The notes beneath the pieces were generated by a model. It was not told the DNA's origin. It saw only the letters and a list, made by a program, of their open reading frames with translations, and made no database searches. From the human T2T-CHM13v2.0 reference genome, Homo sapiens, in assembly GCF_009914755.1 (NCBI RefSeq), contig NC_060929.1: 64,000 nt of DNA. One strand, given 5' to 3'. Below are positions 30,093-43,200 of this stretch, in pieces (the stretch's first letter is position 1; the number at the start of each line of letters is the position of its first letter). The translations under genes and the position numbers were made by a program.

Positions 30093-32200
30093 AGAATTTA
30101 AGACTAGAAGAGGAATGACCTGAAGATGAAACATTGAGATAGGTTTATATTTAGGGAGCTAAAGAAAAAAGAGAAGTAAAATAGAAACACAGCCTCTTCA
30201 GAGACTGGAGAGAAACTAATATTCGAAGCTAACTTTTAAAAACAGAATAGAATTACCTATCGGTTGCACTTATACTCCAGCAGACATAAACAATGAGCAT
30301 CTAACTTCTCATCAGTTTTTAGTCTATAGAAAATTCAGTTCACTGTAGCTCAATGAGACTCATTGTTAAAGCAGACACACTGGCTAAACTTCAGGGATTC
30401 ATATAAGTTTAAAAGTTATAATTTTAAAAACATCATCTCTTATTAGCTATTAAAGTATAAACTAATATATAAACTTCTATTTTAAGTGTAATGTGCTTTA
30501 AAACAATTTAATGAAACAGAATCAACTGACTAAATTGTAAGCTTCAAGAGGGCAGGGACTGTAAGTTGAATTAATAAATTTCTAAAGATTAATTAACTAG
30601 AATTTTTACTTCTGATCTTGATCTTTACTTCCTTAAAAACATATATGTGTTTTTTAAAGAAAGGTCTTCTTTTCTCTACATTTTTTCACAATGCAGCTCA
30701 GTTGCAAGCCCCTGCTCTTTTTGGCAGCCTCCTTCTCTTTAGGGAGCTATCTTTCTCTGACTCAGACATTTCTGCCTTTCTTTCTCTCTCGTGTAAGACC
30801 TCTACCTAAATTTTCCAGCTATATTTCAGCTAAAAGATCCCCTCTTTCCTGTGTGGGTAATTCAGTTTATTTTCTACTCTGCAGTTTCCCTGTCTCTCCT
30901 TGGAAGAAAGAACCCTTATAGAAATTTCTTAGGTCTCAACATATCTGAGCACAGTGATTTAGAGGTGTGTTGAAATTTTTTTCTCAGATATGACTTTTTA
31001 GATTCAGAATGAATTCTTGTAAATTCCCAGAATCACTTCAAATGGAAACTTAAATACATTAACTTATTATGTGCCAATTAGCTGATTTTTGTTTTCTATC
31101 TAAACTTTTTGTCACCTTTAAACATTAAATATAGAACATTGTTATCAATTTAAGGATTATTCAGTATTTAACACAATTGAAATCATATTTATGAACCATC
31201 ATGTCAATTCAGAAATCATCAGCTTTTAAAATGAAAAATATAAATATAGAAAATAAACTTTTAAGATCATTGAGCAGATGGAAAGAAATAATAAAAACTA
31301 AGAGCATTTATTAGCAGAATTGTAAACAGGAAAACCATAGAGAAAATTCAATGGAAAAAAAGCTGGTTCTATGAAAAAATCAAATTGATAAATCTCTAGT
31401 AAGACTGATGAGAAAGAAAGATGGAGGAGGCACAAATCAACAACATCAGAAATAAATCAGGGCCTATCAATACAGATCCTATAGATGTCAAAAGGAGAAT
31501 AAAGGAATACCACAAATGACTTCGTGCTCGTAAATTTGATAACTGAGAAGAAATGAACTTGAAAATCCACAAGCTACCAAATTCAACCAAGATGAAATAA
31601 GCAAACTAAATAGTCCTACAAACACCAAACTGAATTAGGAATTTCAAAGCTCCTGAGAAAAAAATCACTGGGCACATATGGTTTCACTGAAGAATTCTAC
31701 CAAACATTTGCATAACTAAACCCAATTTTATACAACCCCTTCCAGAAAATAGAAGAGGAAAGATTTCTCATCTCGCTTTATGAAGATAATACTACCCTAA
31801 TACTGAAATCAGACAAAGACAAAACAGAAAAAGAAAACTATAGGTCAATATCTCTCATGAACTTAGATACAAAATTCCTCAACAAAACATTAGCAAATGG
31901 AATCCAGCAGTGTATAAAAATTATTATAAACATGTCCAAGTGGCATTTATTCTAGGTTCGTAAGTCTGCTTCAACATTTGAAAATCAACATAATCTACCA
32001 TATGACCAGGCTAAAGAAGAAAACTCATATGAGCATATCAATTAATGCAGAAAAAACATTTCACAAAATCAACATACAATCATAAGAAAAACCCTCAGCA
32101 GGAGAAATGTCTTCAACTTGATAAAAACACATCTACAAAACACCTACAGTTAATATACTTAATGGTGAAAGACTCAGGCAAGGATGTTCGTTCTTACCAC

Positions 32201-33705
32201 TCTTTTTTTTTCTTATTATACTGTAAGTTTTAGGGTACATGTACACAACATGCAGGTTTGTTACATATGTATACATGTGCCATGTTGGTGTACTTCACCC
32301 ATTAACTCGTCATTTAGCATTAGGTATATCTCCTAATGCTATCCCTCCCCCCTCCCCCCACCCCACAACAGGCCCCGGTGTGTGATGTTCCCCTTCCTGT
32401 GTCCATGTGTTCTCGTTGTTCAATTCCCACCTATGAGTGAGAACATGTGGTGTTTGGTTTTCTGTCCTTGCGATAGTTTGCTGAGAATGATGGTTTCCAG
32501 CTTCATCCACGTCCCTACAAAGGACATGAACTCATCATTTTTTATGGCTGCATGGTATTCCATGGTGTGTATGTGCCACATTTTCTTAATCCAGTCTATC
32601 ATTGTTGGACATTTGGGTTGGTTCCAAGTCTTTGCTATTGTGAATAGTGCCACAATAAACATACTTGTGCATGTGTCTTTATAGCAGCATGATTTATAAT
32701 CCTTTGGGTATATACCCAGTAATGGGATGGCTGGATCAAATGGTATTTCTAGTTCTGAATCCCTGAGGAATTGCCACACCGACTTCTACAGTGGTTGAAC
32801 TAGTTTACAGTCCCACCAACAGTGTAAAAGTGTTCCTATTTCTCCACATCCTCTCCAGCACCTGTTGTTTCCTGACTTTTTAATGATCGCCATTCTAACT
32901 GGTGTGAGATGGTATCTTATTGTGGTTTTGATTTGCATTTCTCTGATGGCCAGTGTTGATGAGCATTTTTTCATGTGTTTTTTGGCTGCATAAATGTCTT
33001 CTTTTGAGAAGTGTCTGTTCATATCCTTCTCCCACTTTTTGATGGGGTTGTTTGTTTTTTTCTTGTAAATTTGTTTGAGTTCATTGTAGATGCTGGATAT
33101 TAGCCCTTTGTCAGATGAGTAGGTTGCAAAAAGTTTCTCCCATTCTGCAGGTTGCCTGTTCACTCTGATGGTGGTTTCTTTTGCTGTGCAGAGCTCTTTG
33201 GTTTAGTTAGATCCCATTTGTCAATTTTGACTTTTGTTGCCATTGCTTTTGGTGTTTTAGACATGAAGTCCTTGCCCATGCCTATGTCCTGAATGGTATT
33301 GCCTAGGTTTTCTTCTAGGGTTTTTATGGTTTTAGGTCTAACATGTAAGTCTTTAATCCATCTTGAACTAATTTTTGTATAAGGTATAAGGAAGGGATCC
33401 AGTTTCAGCTTTCTACATATGGCTAGCCAGTTTTCCCAGCACCATTTATTAAACAGGGAATCTTTTCCCCATTTCTTGTTTTTGTCAGGTTTGTCATAGA
33501 TCAGATAGTTGTAGATGTGTGGCATTATTTCTGAGGGCTCTGTTCTGTTCCATTGATCTATATCTCTGTTTTGGTACCAGTACCATCCTGTTTTGGTTAC
33601 TGTAGCCTTGTAGTATAGATTGAAGTCAGGTAGCATGATGCCTCCAGCTTTGTTCTTTTGGCTTAGGACTGACTTGGCAATGCGGTCTCTTTTTTGGCTC
33701 CATAT
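32201..33705 (-). mobile_element. 5'-truncated L1PA3/4-like element (~1.5 kb)
   Basis: High similarity to the L1 ORF2 3' end (ORFs 32420-33700). Diagnostic GAG in gacGAGttaatggg on the - strand. No clear TSD. Confidence 0.9.
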
Positions 33706-34510
33706 CTCAAACATAGTACTCAAAGTTCTAGCCATTTCAGTAAGACAAAAAAAAAAAAAAGAAAGAAAGAAACTCACACATATTAGAATGGAATAAATAA
33801 AACTGTCCCTTTTTGCAGGTGACAAACTGTGTAGAAAATCCTAAGGGATCCACACACACACACAAAACTACTCCTAAAACTAAGAAGCTCAGCAAGGTTG
33901 TAGGACACAAAATTAACAGAGAAAAATTCATCACATTTCTATACACAAAGAAAGAACATGTGGAAACAAAAATTAATATCACAATACCATTAGGATCTTT
34001 CAGAAGAAAAAAAGGAATACTTAAGTATAAACTTAACAAAACACATACAGCATCTGTATGCTGAAAGTTATAAATGCTGATTAAAAAAAAGTCAAAGACC
34101 TAAATAAATGAAAAGGCATGCTGCATTTGTGGACTGGAAATTTCAACATAGTAAAGATGTTAATTCCCTCCAAATTAATCTATAGGTTTACAATTCCTAT
34201 AAAAATTCCACTAAGGGTTTTTTGTAGGCATACACAGGACAAGCTTATTCTGATATTTACATGGAAAGGCATAGATCCTAGAATAGCTGAAACCATCTCG
34301 AGGAAGGAATAAGGTAGAAGGAATCACTCTACCCAATATTCAGGCCTACTATATAGATAGAGTGTAATCAAGACAGTCTGATATTGGTGGATAGATAAAT
34401 ATAAGGATCGATGGAAGTGTATAAAGAGCCCACACAAATAGACCCACACAAAATATGCTCAACTGATATTTGACAAAGATGCAAAAGTAATTCAATGGAG
34501 GATAGGTAGA

Positions 34511-34626
34511 TTTTTAATTTGAGATAATTGGAGGTTCACAAACAGTTTTAAGGCATAATACAGAGAGATTCTATGTACCTTCTACCCAGCTTCCATCAAT
34601 GATAGCAGCTTCAAAACTATAGTACA
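34511..34626 (-). repeat. Inverted copy of the host L1's own 3' terminus (36201-36316)
   Basis: The reverse complement aligns ungapped to 36201-36316 with 104/116 identities (manual count). Confidence 0.88.
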
Positions 34627-34883
34627 TTTTTCAACATATGGTACTGGAACACAATAGGAAAAAATGAATCCAACCTAAATCTTATACCTTATACAAAAGT
34701 TAACTCATAGTGGGTCACAGACTTAAATGTAAAACATACAACTCTGAAATTTTTAGGAAAAAGTATAGGAGAAAATCTTGGAGATGTAGGGTCAGGCAAG
34801 AATTCTAAGACTTGACACCAAAATCACAATCCATATGAGATAAAATTAATAACTTAGACTTCATCAAAGTTTTTAAAATTTTC

Positions 34884-35181
34884 AGCTGGGCACGGTGGCT
34901 CACGCCTGTAATCCTACCACTTTGGGAGGCCAAGGCAGGTGGATCACCTGAGGTGAGGAGTTCGAGACCAGCCTGGCCAACATGGCGAAACCCTGTCTCT
35001 ACTAAAAGTACAAAACAATTAGGTGGGCATGGTGATGTGTGCCTTAATCCCAGCTACTCAAGAGGCTGAGGAAGGAGAATTGGTTGAACCCAGGAAGTGG
35101 AGGTTGCAGTGCACCGAGATCACACCACTGCACTCCAGCCTAAGCGACAGACCGGGATTCCGTCTTAAAAAAAAAAAAAAA
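34884..35181 (+). mobile_element. AluSx-like
   Basis: Complete dimer with A tail and degenerate TSD (aagtttttaaaattttc / aggttttaaatttttc). Confidence 0.93.
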
Positions 35182-35353
35182 GGTTTTAAATTTTTCTCAG
35201 TGAAAAATCCTTTTAAGAAGATGAAAAATCAAGCTACCAACTAGGAGAAAATATTTTCAAACCATCCACCTAACAAATGTCTAGCATCTAGAATATTTTA
35301 AGAACACTCAAAACTCAACAGTAAACAAATAATCCAAATACAAAAAGACATGG

Positions 35354-35490
35354 AGCTAGATGTGGTGATATGGACCTGTTATCCCAGCTACTCATGAGGC
35401 TGAGGTGGGAGCACCTCTTGAGCCTGGGAGTTCAAGACCAGCCTGGGCAATGTAGGGAAACCCTGTCTCAATAAAAATAAAGATAAAAAA
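35354..35490 (+). mobile_element. Alu monomer (FLAM-like)
   Basis: Single ~130-bp arm with A-rich tail. TSD-like aaaaagacatg / aaaaagaaatg. Confidence 0.8.
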
Positions 35491-36814
35491 AGAAATGAAC
35501 AAGTATTTAACCAAAGGGGATATATACTTGACAGATAAGCACCTGAAAATTTATCAGTCATTAGAGAAATGTATTATAATCACAATAAGAAATCACTGTA
35601 TACCTATCAGAATGACTAATATAAAACATATCAACAACACTAAATGCTGACAGAGATTCAGAGAAACTGAATCACTCATACATTGCTGTTGGGAATGAAA
35701 AATGGTGCCACCACTATGTTATACAATTTGACATTTTCTTATGAAACTAAACATGCAACTCACATATGACGCAGAAACTGTATCCTTGGGCAATCCCAGA
35801 GAAGTGAAATTTCATGTTCACACAAACACTTGTCATGGATGTTTTATTTATGGTAATCAAAAACTGCAAACAACCCACATGACCTTCAACAGGTGTATAG
35901 CGAAAAAAACTGGTACATCCATATATCATAGAGTATTACTCCTCAATAAAAGAATACTTATGACAAAGTGGATGAATCCCTGAGGAATTATACTGAGTGG
36001 AGAAAGCCAATGCTAATAGGTTAAATACTGTATAACTTGATTTATAGGACATTCTTTAAATGACAAAATTATGGAAATGGAGAACAGCTGACTGGTCACC
36101 ACTGCAAGGATGGCTATAAAGGAGCAGTGGAAGGAATCCTTGTGATGATGGAGTTGTTCTGTATCTTGCTGATAGCATGTCAACATCCTGGTTGTGATAT
36201 TGTACTATGGTTTTGAAGAGGCTATCACTGAGGGAAGCTGGATAGAAGGTACATAGGATCTCTCTGTGTTATTCCTTAAAGCTGTTTGTGAACCTCCAAT
36301 TATATCAAATTAAAAGTGTAACTAAAAATCATCAGTTCTAATCTTTTCCTATTTTCTAATTTTTTGAAAATGTGTACTGATATCAAAAGAAGAAAAGGAA
36401 GTCAAATTACATAAAATACTATGGAGAGGAAATAAGAACTTATTATTTTACAGAATACTAATAATAATACTAACAACCCATATTATAAACATGAAGCATC
36501 ATATGGGATATTGCAAGACTACAGAATATGGCATTGCTTCATCTTATATGGAGCAAGGTGGTGTGTGAGGAACCAAAATGAATTGGGGAGAATACAACCT
36601 CAGTTTCTCCATATAGAATGTTAATAAAATGGCATTTCTTTCTCAATCTCATTCAAATTATGGCTTTAAGCAGTGCTTCTTCTGTCATCACTGGTCAGTC
36701 TTATTAATGAGTTTTATCCGCTGATGATAGTATACCTATTAACATTAAGATAATTTATGTAGGATATTAGTTAATCAGATTAATTCTATAACGAAAAGTG
36801 AAAATTTCCTCATT

Positions 36815-37222
36815 TCTTTTATTTACTTATTTATTAAAAATAATTTCAACTTTTATTTTAGATCTGGGGCTACATATTCAGGTTTGTTACATGGGAATAT
36901 TGTGCGATGCTGAGGTTTGGCGTGTGAATGATTCTGTCACCCAGATTTTAAGCATAGTACCCAATAGCTAGTTTTTCAACCCTTGACCCCCTCCCTCCCT
37001 CTCCTCTCTAGTAGTCTCGTCTATTGTTGCCATCTTATGTCTATGAGTACCCAATGTTTAGCTTCCACTTATAAGTGAAAACATACAGTATTTGGTTTTC
37101 TGTTCCTGTATTACTTTGCTTAGGATCATGGCCTCCAACTGCATCCGTGTTGTTGCAGAGAACACGATTTTGTTCTTTTTTAAGGCTGCATAGTATTCCA
37201 TGATGTATATATACCCTATTTT
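36815..37222 (-). mobile_element. L1PA15/16-like 3' fragment (~400 bp)
   Basis: ttcaacttttattttagatctgggg...gatgctgaggtttgg...gtcacccag 3'UTR pattern. Confidence 0.82.
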
Positions 37223-40200
37223 CTTTATTTTTTATTTTTATTTCAATAGTTTTGGGGGACCAGGTGGTGTTTGGTTACATGGATAAGTGCTTTAGTGGTG
37301 ACTTTTGAGATTTTGGTGCACCCATCACCTGAGCAGTCAGTGTACACTATACCCAATGTGTAGTCTTTTATCCCTTCCCTCCCCGACCCTTCCCTGCAAG
37401 TCCCCAAAGTCCATTGTATCATTCTTATGCATTTGTGTCCTCATAGGTTAGCTGCCACTTATGAGTGAGAACATACCACCTTTGATTTTCCATTCCTGAA
37501 TTACTTCACTTAGGATAATGGTGTCCAACTTCATCCAGGTTGCTGTAAATGCCATTATTTCATTCCTTTTTATGGCTGAGTAGTATTCCATGGTATATAT
37601 ATGTATATCACATTTTTCTTTATCCACTTGTTAATTGATGGGCATTTGAACTAGTTTCATGTTTCTGCAATTGCGAATTGTGCTCCTATGAACATGCATG
37701 TGCAACTGTCTTTTTCATATAGTGACTTCTTTTCCTCTGGATAGATACCCAGTAGTGGGATTGCTGGATCAAATCATAGATCTACTTTTAGTTCTTTAAG
37801 GAATCTCCATACTGTTGTCCATAGTGGTTGATATGGTTTGGCTCTGTGTCTCCACCCAAATCTCATCTCAAATTGTAATCCCCATGTGTCAAGGAAGAGA
37901 CTTGATGGGAGGTGATTGGATCATGGGGGCAGTTTCTCCCATGCTGTTCTCATGCTAGTGAGTGATTCTTATGAGATCTGATGGTTTAAAAGTGTTTGGC
38001 AGTTCCCCCTTCGCTTTCTCTCTCTCCTGCCACCCTGTGAAGAAGGTACCTGCTTCCCCTTTGTCTTCTGCCATGATCGTAGGTTTCCTGAGGTTTCCCC
38101 AGCCATGGGGAATTATGAGTCAATTAAACTTCTTCTCTTTATAAATTACCTGGTCTTAGGTAGTTCTTTACAGCAGTGTAAACATGAACTAATACAGTGA
38201 TTATACTAGTTTTCATTCCCACTAGCAGTTTAAAGTGTTCCCTTTTCACCACATCCATGCCAACATCTATTACTTTTTTTTTATTTTTTAATTATGGCCA
38301 TTCTTGTAGGAGTAAGGTGCCTGTCACATTGCGGTTTTGATTTGCATTTCCTTGACAATTACCGATGTTCAGCATTTTTTCATGTTTTTTGGCCACTGTG
38401 TATCTTCTTTTGAGAATTGTCTATCCATATCCTTAGCCCACTTTTTGGTGGGATTATTTCATTTATTTTCTTGCTGATTTATTTGAGTTCCTCATAGATT
38501 CTGGATATTAGTCCCTTGTCGAATGCATACTTTGCAAAAATGTTCTCTCACTCTGTGGGTTGTCTCTTTACTTTGCTGATTATTTATTTTGCTGTGCAGA
38601 AGCTTTTTAATTTAATTTAGTCCCATCTATTTATCTTTGTTTTTGTTGCATTTGCTTGTGGGTTCTTGACTATAAACTCTTTGCCTAGGCCAATGTCTAG
38701 AAGAGTTTTTCTCATGTTATCTTCTAGAATTTTTATGGTTTCAGGTCTTAGATTTAAGTCTTTGATTCATCTTGAGTTGTTTTTTGTATAAGGTGAGAGA
38801 CGAGGGTCCACTTTTATTCTTTTACATGTGGATTGCCAATGATCGCAGTTCCATTTGTTAAGTAGGGTGTCCTTTCCCCACTTTATGTTTTTGTTTGTTT
38901 TGTTGAAGATCAGTGGCTGTAAGTATTTGACTTTATTTATCGGTTCTCTATTCTGTTCTATTGGTCTATGTGCCTATTTTTATACCAGTACCATGCTGTT
39001 TGGGTGACTACGGCCTTATAGCATATTATTAAGTTGGGTAATGTGATGCCTCCAGATTTGTTCTTTTTGCTTAGTCTTGCTTTGGCTATGTGGGCTCTTT
39101 TTTGATTCCATATGAATTTTAGGATTGTTTTTCCTAGTTCCGTGAAGAATAATGATGGTATTTTGATAGGAATTGCACTGAATTTGTAGATTGCTTTTGG
39201 TAGTATGCTCATTTTCACAATATTTATTCTACTCATCCATGAGCATAGGATGTGCTTCAATTTGTTCGTGTTGTCTATGATTTCTTTCAGCAGTGTTTTG
39301 TTATATTCCTGTAGAGGTCTTATACCTCCTTGGTCAGGTATATTTCCAAGTTTTTGTTGTTGTTGTCATTGTTGTTTTCCAGGTATTATAAAAGGGGTTG
39401 AGTTCTTGACTTGATTCTCAGCTTGGTTGCTGTTGGTGTATGGCAGTGCTATTGACTTGTGTACATTGATTTTTGTATTCTGAAACTTTACAGAATCCAT
39501 TTATCAGATCTAGGAGCTTTTAGGATGAGTCTTTAGGATTTTCTGGGTATATGATCATATCATCAGCAAACAGTGGCATTTCAACTCCCTCTTTACTGAC
39601 CTGGATGCCCGTTATGTCTTTCTCTCATCTGGATTGTTCTGGCTAGGATTTCCAGTACTATGTTGAATAGAAGTGGTACAAGTGAGCATTCTTGTCTTGT
39701 TCTGGTTCTCAGGGGGAATGCTTTCAACTTTCCTCCATTCGGTTTACTGTTGGCTGTGGGTTTGTCATAGATGGCTTTTATTACCTTAAGGTATGTCCAT
39801 TCTATGCCAATTTTGCTGAGAGTTCTAATAATAAAGGGATGCTGGACTTTGTCAAATGCTTTCTTTGCGCATCTGTTGAGATGATCGTATCATTTTGGTT
39901 TTTAATTCTGTTTATGTGATGTATCACATTTACTGACATGCATATGTTAAACCAACCCTGGATCTCTAGTATGAAACACACTTGACCATAGGGTATTATC
40001 TTTCCGATATGCTGTTGGATTTGGTTAGCTAGTATTTTGTTGAGGATTTTTGCATCTGTATTTATCAGGGATATTGGTCTGTAGTTTTCTTTTTGGTTGT
40101 TGTTATATCCTTTCCTGGTTTGTGTATTAGGGTTATACTGGCTTCATAGAATACATTAGGAAGGGTTCCCTCTTTCTCTATATTTTATAATAGTGTCATT

Positions 40201-43200
40201 AGGACTGGCACCAATTCTTCTTTAAATGTCTGATATAATTCAGCTGTGAATCCATCTGGTCCTGGGCTTTTTTTTCTTGGCAGTTTTTTTTATTACCATT
40301 TTGATCTCACTGCTTGGTATTGGTCTCTTCAGAGTTTGTATTTCTCCCTGGTTTAATCAAGGAGGGTTGTATATTTCAGAAAAGTATCCATATCCTCTAG
40401 GTTTTCTAGTTTGTGCACGTAAAGGTGTTCATCGTAGCCTTGAATGATCTTTTGTATTTCTGTGGTATGTTTGTAATATTTCCCATTTCACTTCTAATTG
40501 AGCTTATTTGGATTTTCTCTCCTCTTTGTTAATCTCGCTAACGGTCTATCAATTTTAATTGTCTTTTCAAAGAACCAGCTTTTTGTTTCATTTATCTTTT
40601 GTATTTTTTGTTGTTGCTGTTTCAATTTCATTAGTTTTGTGCTGATCATGCTTATTTCTTTTCTTCTGCTTTGTTTGGGTTCAGTTTGTTCTTGTTTCTC
40701 TAGCTCCTTGAAGTGTGACCTTAGATTGTCTATTTGTGTTCTTTCAGACTTTTTGATATAGGCATTTAATGATACGAACTTTCCTCTAAGGACTGCCTTT
40801 GCTGCATCCCAGAGGTTTTTATAGGTTGTGTCACTATTATCGTTCAGTTCAAAGAATTTTTTAATTTCCATCTTGATTTCATTTTTGGCTCAATGATCAT
40901 TCAGGAGCAAGCTATTTAATTTCTATGTATTTGTATGGTTTTCAGGGTTTCTTTTGGAGTTGATTTCCAATTTTATTCCACTGTGATCTGAGAGAGTACT
41001 TGATATAATTTCAATTTTCTTAAATTTATTGAGACTTGTTTTGTGGCCTATCATATGGTCTATCTTGGAGGAAGTTCCATGTGCTGATAAATAGAAAGTA
41101 TATTCTGCAGTTGTTGGGTAAAATGTTCTGTAAATATCTGTTAAGCCCATTTGTTCTAGATTATAGTTTAAGTTCATTGTTTCTTTGATGACTTTCTGTC
41201 TTGATAACCTGCCTAGTGCTGTCAGTGGAGTATTGATGTGCCCCACTATTATTTTGTTGCTGTCTATCTCACTTCTTAGGCCTAGTAGTAATTGTTTTAT
41301 AAATTTGGGAGCTCCAGTTTTAGGAGCTTATATCTTTAGGATTGTGATATTTTCCTGTTGGACTAGTCCTTTTATCATCATATAATGTCCCTCTTTGTCT
41401 TTTTTAACTGTTGTTGCTTTAAGTTCTGTTTTGTGTGATATAAGAATAGCTATTTCTGCTTGCTTTTTGTGTCCATTTACATGGAATCTCTTTCTACCCT
41501 TTTACCTTAAGTTTATGTGAGTTCTTATGTGTTCATTGAGTCTTTTTAAGACAGTAGATATTTGGTTGGTGAATTCTTATCCATTCTGCTATTCTGTACC
41601 TTGTGAGATTTATCCTTAAAGGAGGATCTATTTTGGTGTATTTCAATTTTGTTTAAAGATTTAGAGCTCTTTTTAGCTTTTTTTTTCTTCTTTTTTTTTT
41701 TTTTTTGGAGTGTTGGCTTTGTAGTAGTGACATCTCTCAGCATTTGTTTGTCTGAAAAAGACTTTATCTTTCCTTCATTTCTGAAGCTTGGTTTTGCTTG
41801 ATACAAAATTCTTGGCTGATAATTGTTTTGCTTAAGAAGGCTAAAGATAGGACCTCAATCCCCTCTAGCTTGTAGGGATTTTGCTGAGAAATCTGCTGTT
41901 AATTCTATTGGTTTTCCTTTATAGGTTACCTGATGCTTTTGCCTCATAGATCTTAATATTCTTTTCTTCATCTTGACTTTAGATAACCTGATGGTTGTGT
42001 GCCTAGGCAATTATCTTTTTTCAATAAATTTTCTGGGGAAGTTTTCCTCGATTAATCCCTCAAATAAGTTTCCCAGACTTTTAGATTTCTCTTCTTCCTC
42101 AGGAACACCAGTTACTCTTAGTTTTGGTTGTTTAACATAATCCCAAACTTCTTGAAGGCTTTGTTCATTTTTATTTTTAATTCTTTTTTCTTTGTCTTAT
42201 TGGATTGGGTTAATTTGAAAGCCTTGTGTTCAAGCTCTGAAGTTCTTTCTTCTACTTGTTTGACTCCTCTGTTGAAACTTTCCAGTGTAATTTGCATTTC
42301 TCTTAGTGCATCTTTCATTTCCAGAAATTGTGATTATTTTTTCTTTATGATATGTATTTCTCTGGAGAGTTTTTCATCCATAGCCTGTATTATCTTTAAA
42401 ATTTCTTTAAGCTAGTTTTCACCTTTCTCTGGTGCTTCCTTGAGTAGCCTAACAGTCAACCTTTTGAATTCTTTTTCTGGCAATTCAGAAATTTCTTCTT
42501 GGTTAGGATTTACTGCTGGTGAGCTAGTATAATTTTGGGGGGTATTACAGAACTGTGTTTTGTCATATTACTAGAACTGTTTTTCTAGTTCCTTCTCATT
42601 TGGGTAGACTATGTCAGAGGAAAGATCCAGGACCCAAGGGTGGCTGTCAGATTCTTTTGTCCCACAGGGCCATCCCTTGATGTGGTGCTCTCCATCTTCC
42701 CCTAATGATGGGGCTTCCTGAGTGATTGTTATTACTCTTCTGTGTCTGGCCACCCAGTGGAGCTACCGGGCTCTGGGCTAGTACTGGGGAGTGTCTACAA
42801 AGAGTCCTGTGATGTGATCCATCTTCAGGTCTCTCAGCTGTGGATACAAGCACCTGCTCCAGTGGAGATAACAGGGGAGTGAAGTGGACTCTGCAAGAGT
42901 TTTCAGTTGTAGTTCTGTTTAGTGAACTGGTTTTCTTGAATGCTGTTTATGCTAGCAGTGAAGTTGTCACATGGACAGACTCAGGACCTCTGGTTAGCCA
43001 GGATGTTACAGGTGGTGGAATTAGCTGTTGTTTTCTCCTTCCTTGGAGCGGGATTGTTCTGTTACGAATTGCTGTAATGGTTTGAGTTGGTTGGCCTCCA
43101 GCCAAGTGGTAGCACCCGCAAGAAAGCATCAGCTGCAGTAGTATGGGGGCATATGAGCTTGCCCTAAGGTTGCTGGATAAGTATTAAGGTTTCTCCGGTG

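Larger units (their letters stand above)
31230..36325 (+). mobile_element. Old L1MD-like element (ORF2 plus 3'UTR), interrupted by several inserts
   Basis: Degenerate ORF2 at 31230-32200 resumes at 33706 (caaacatagtact...ctagcc). L1MD-type 3' end atcctggttgtgatattgtacta...tgtgaacctccaatt. Confidence 0.8.

Noticed and set aside
33160-33825. 221-aa ORF as a novel protein
   Set aside because: It is an L1 ORF2 fragment fused in frame to antisense host-L1 sequence across an insertion junction.
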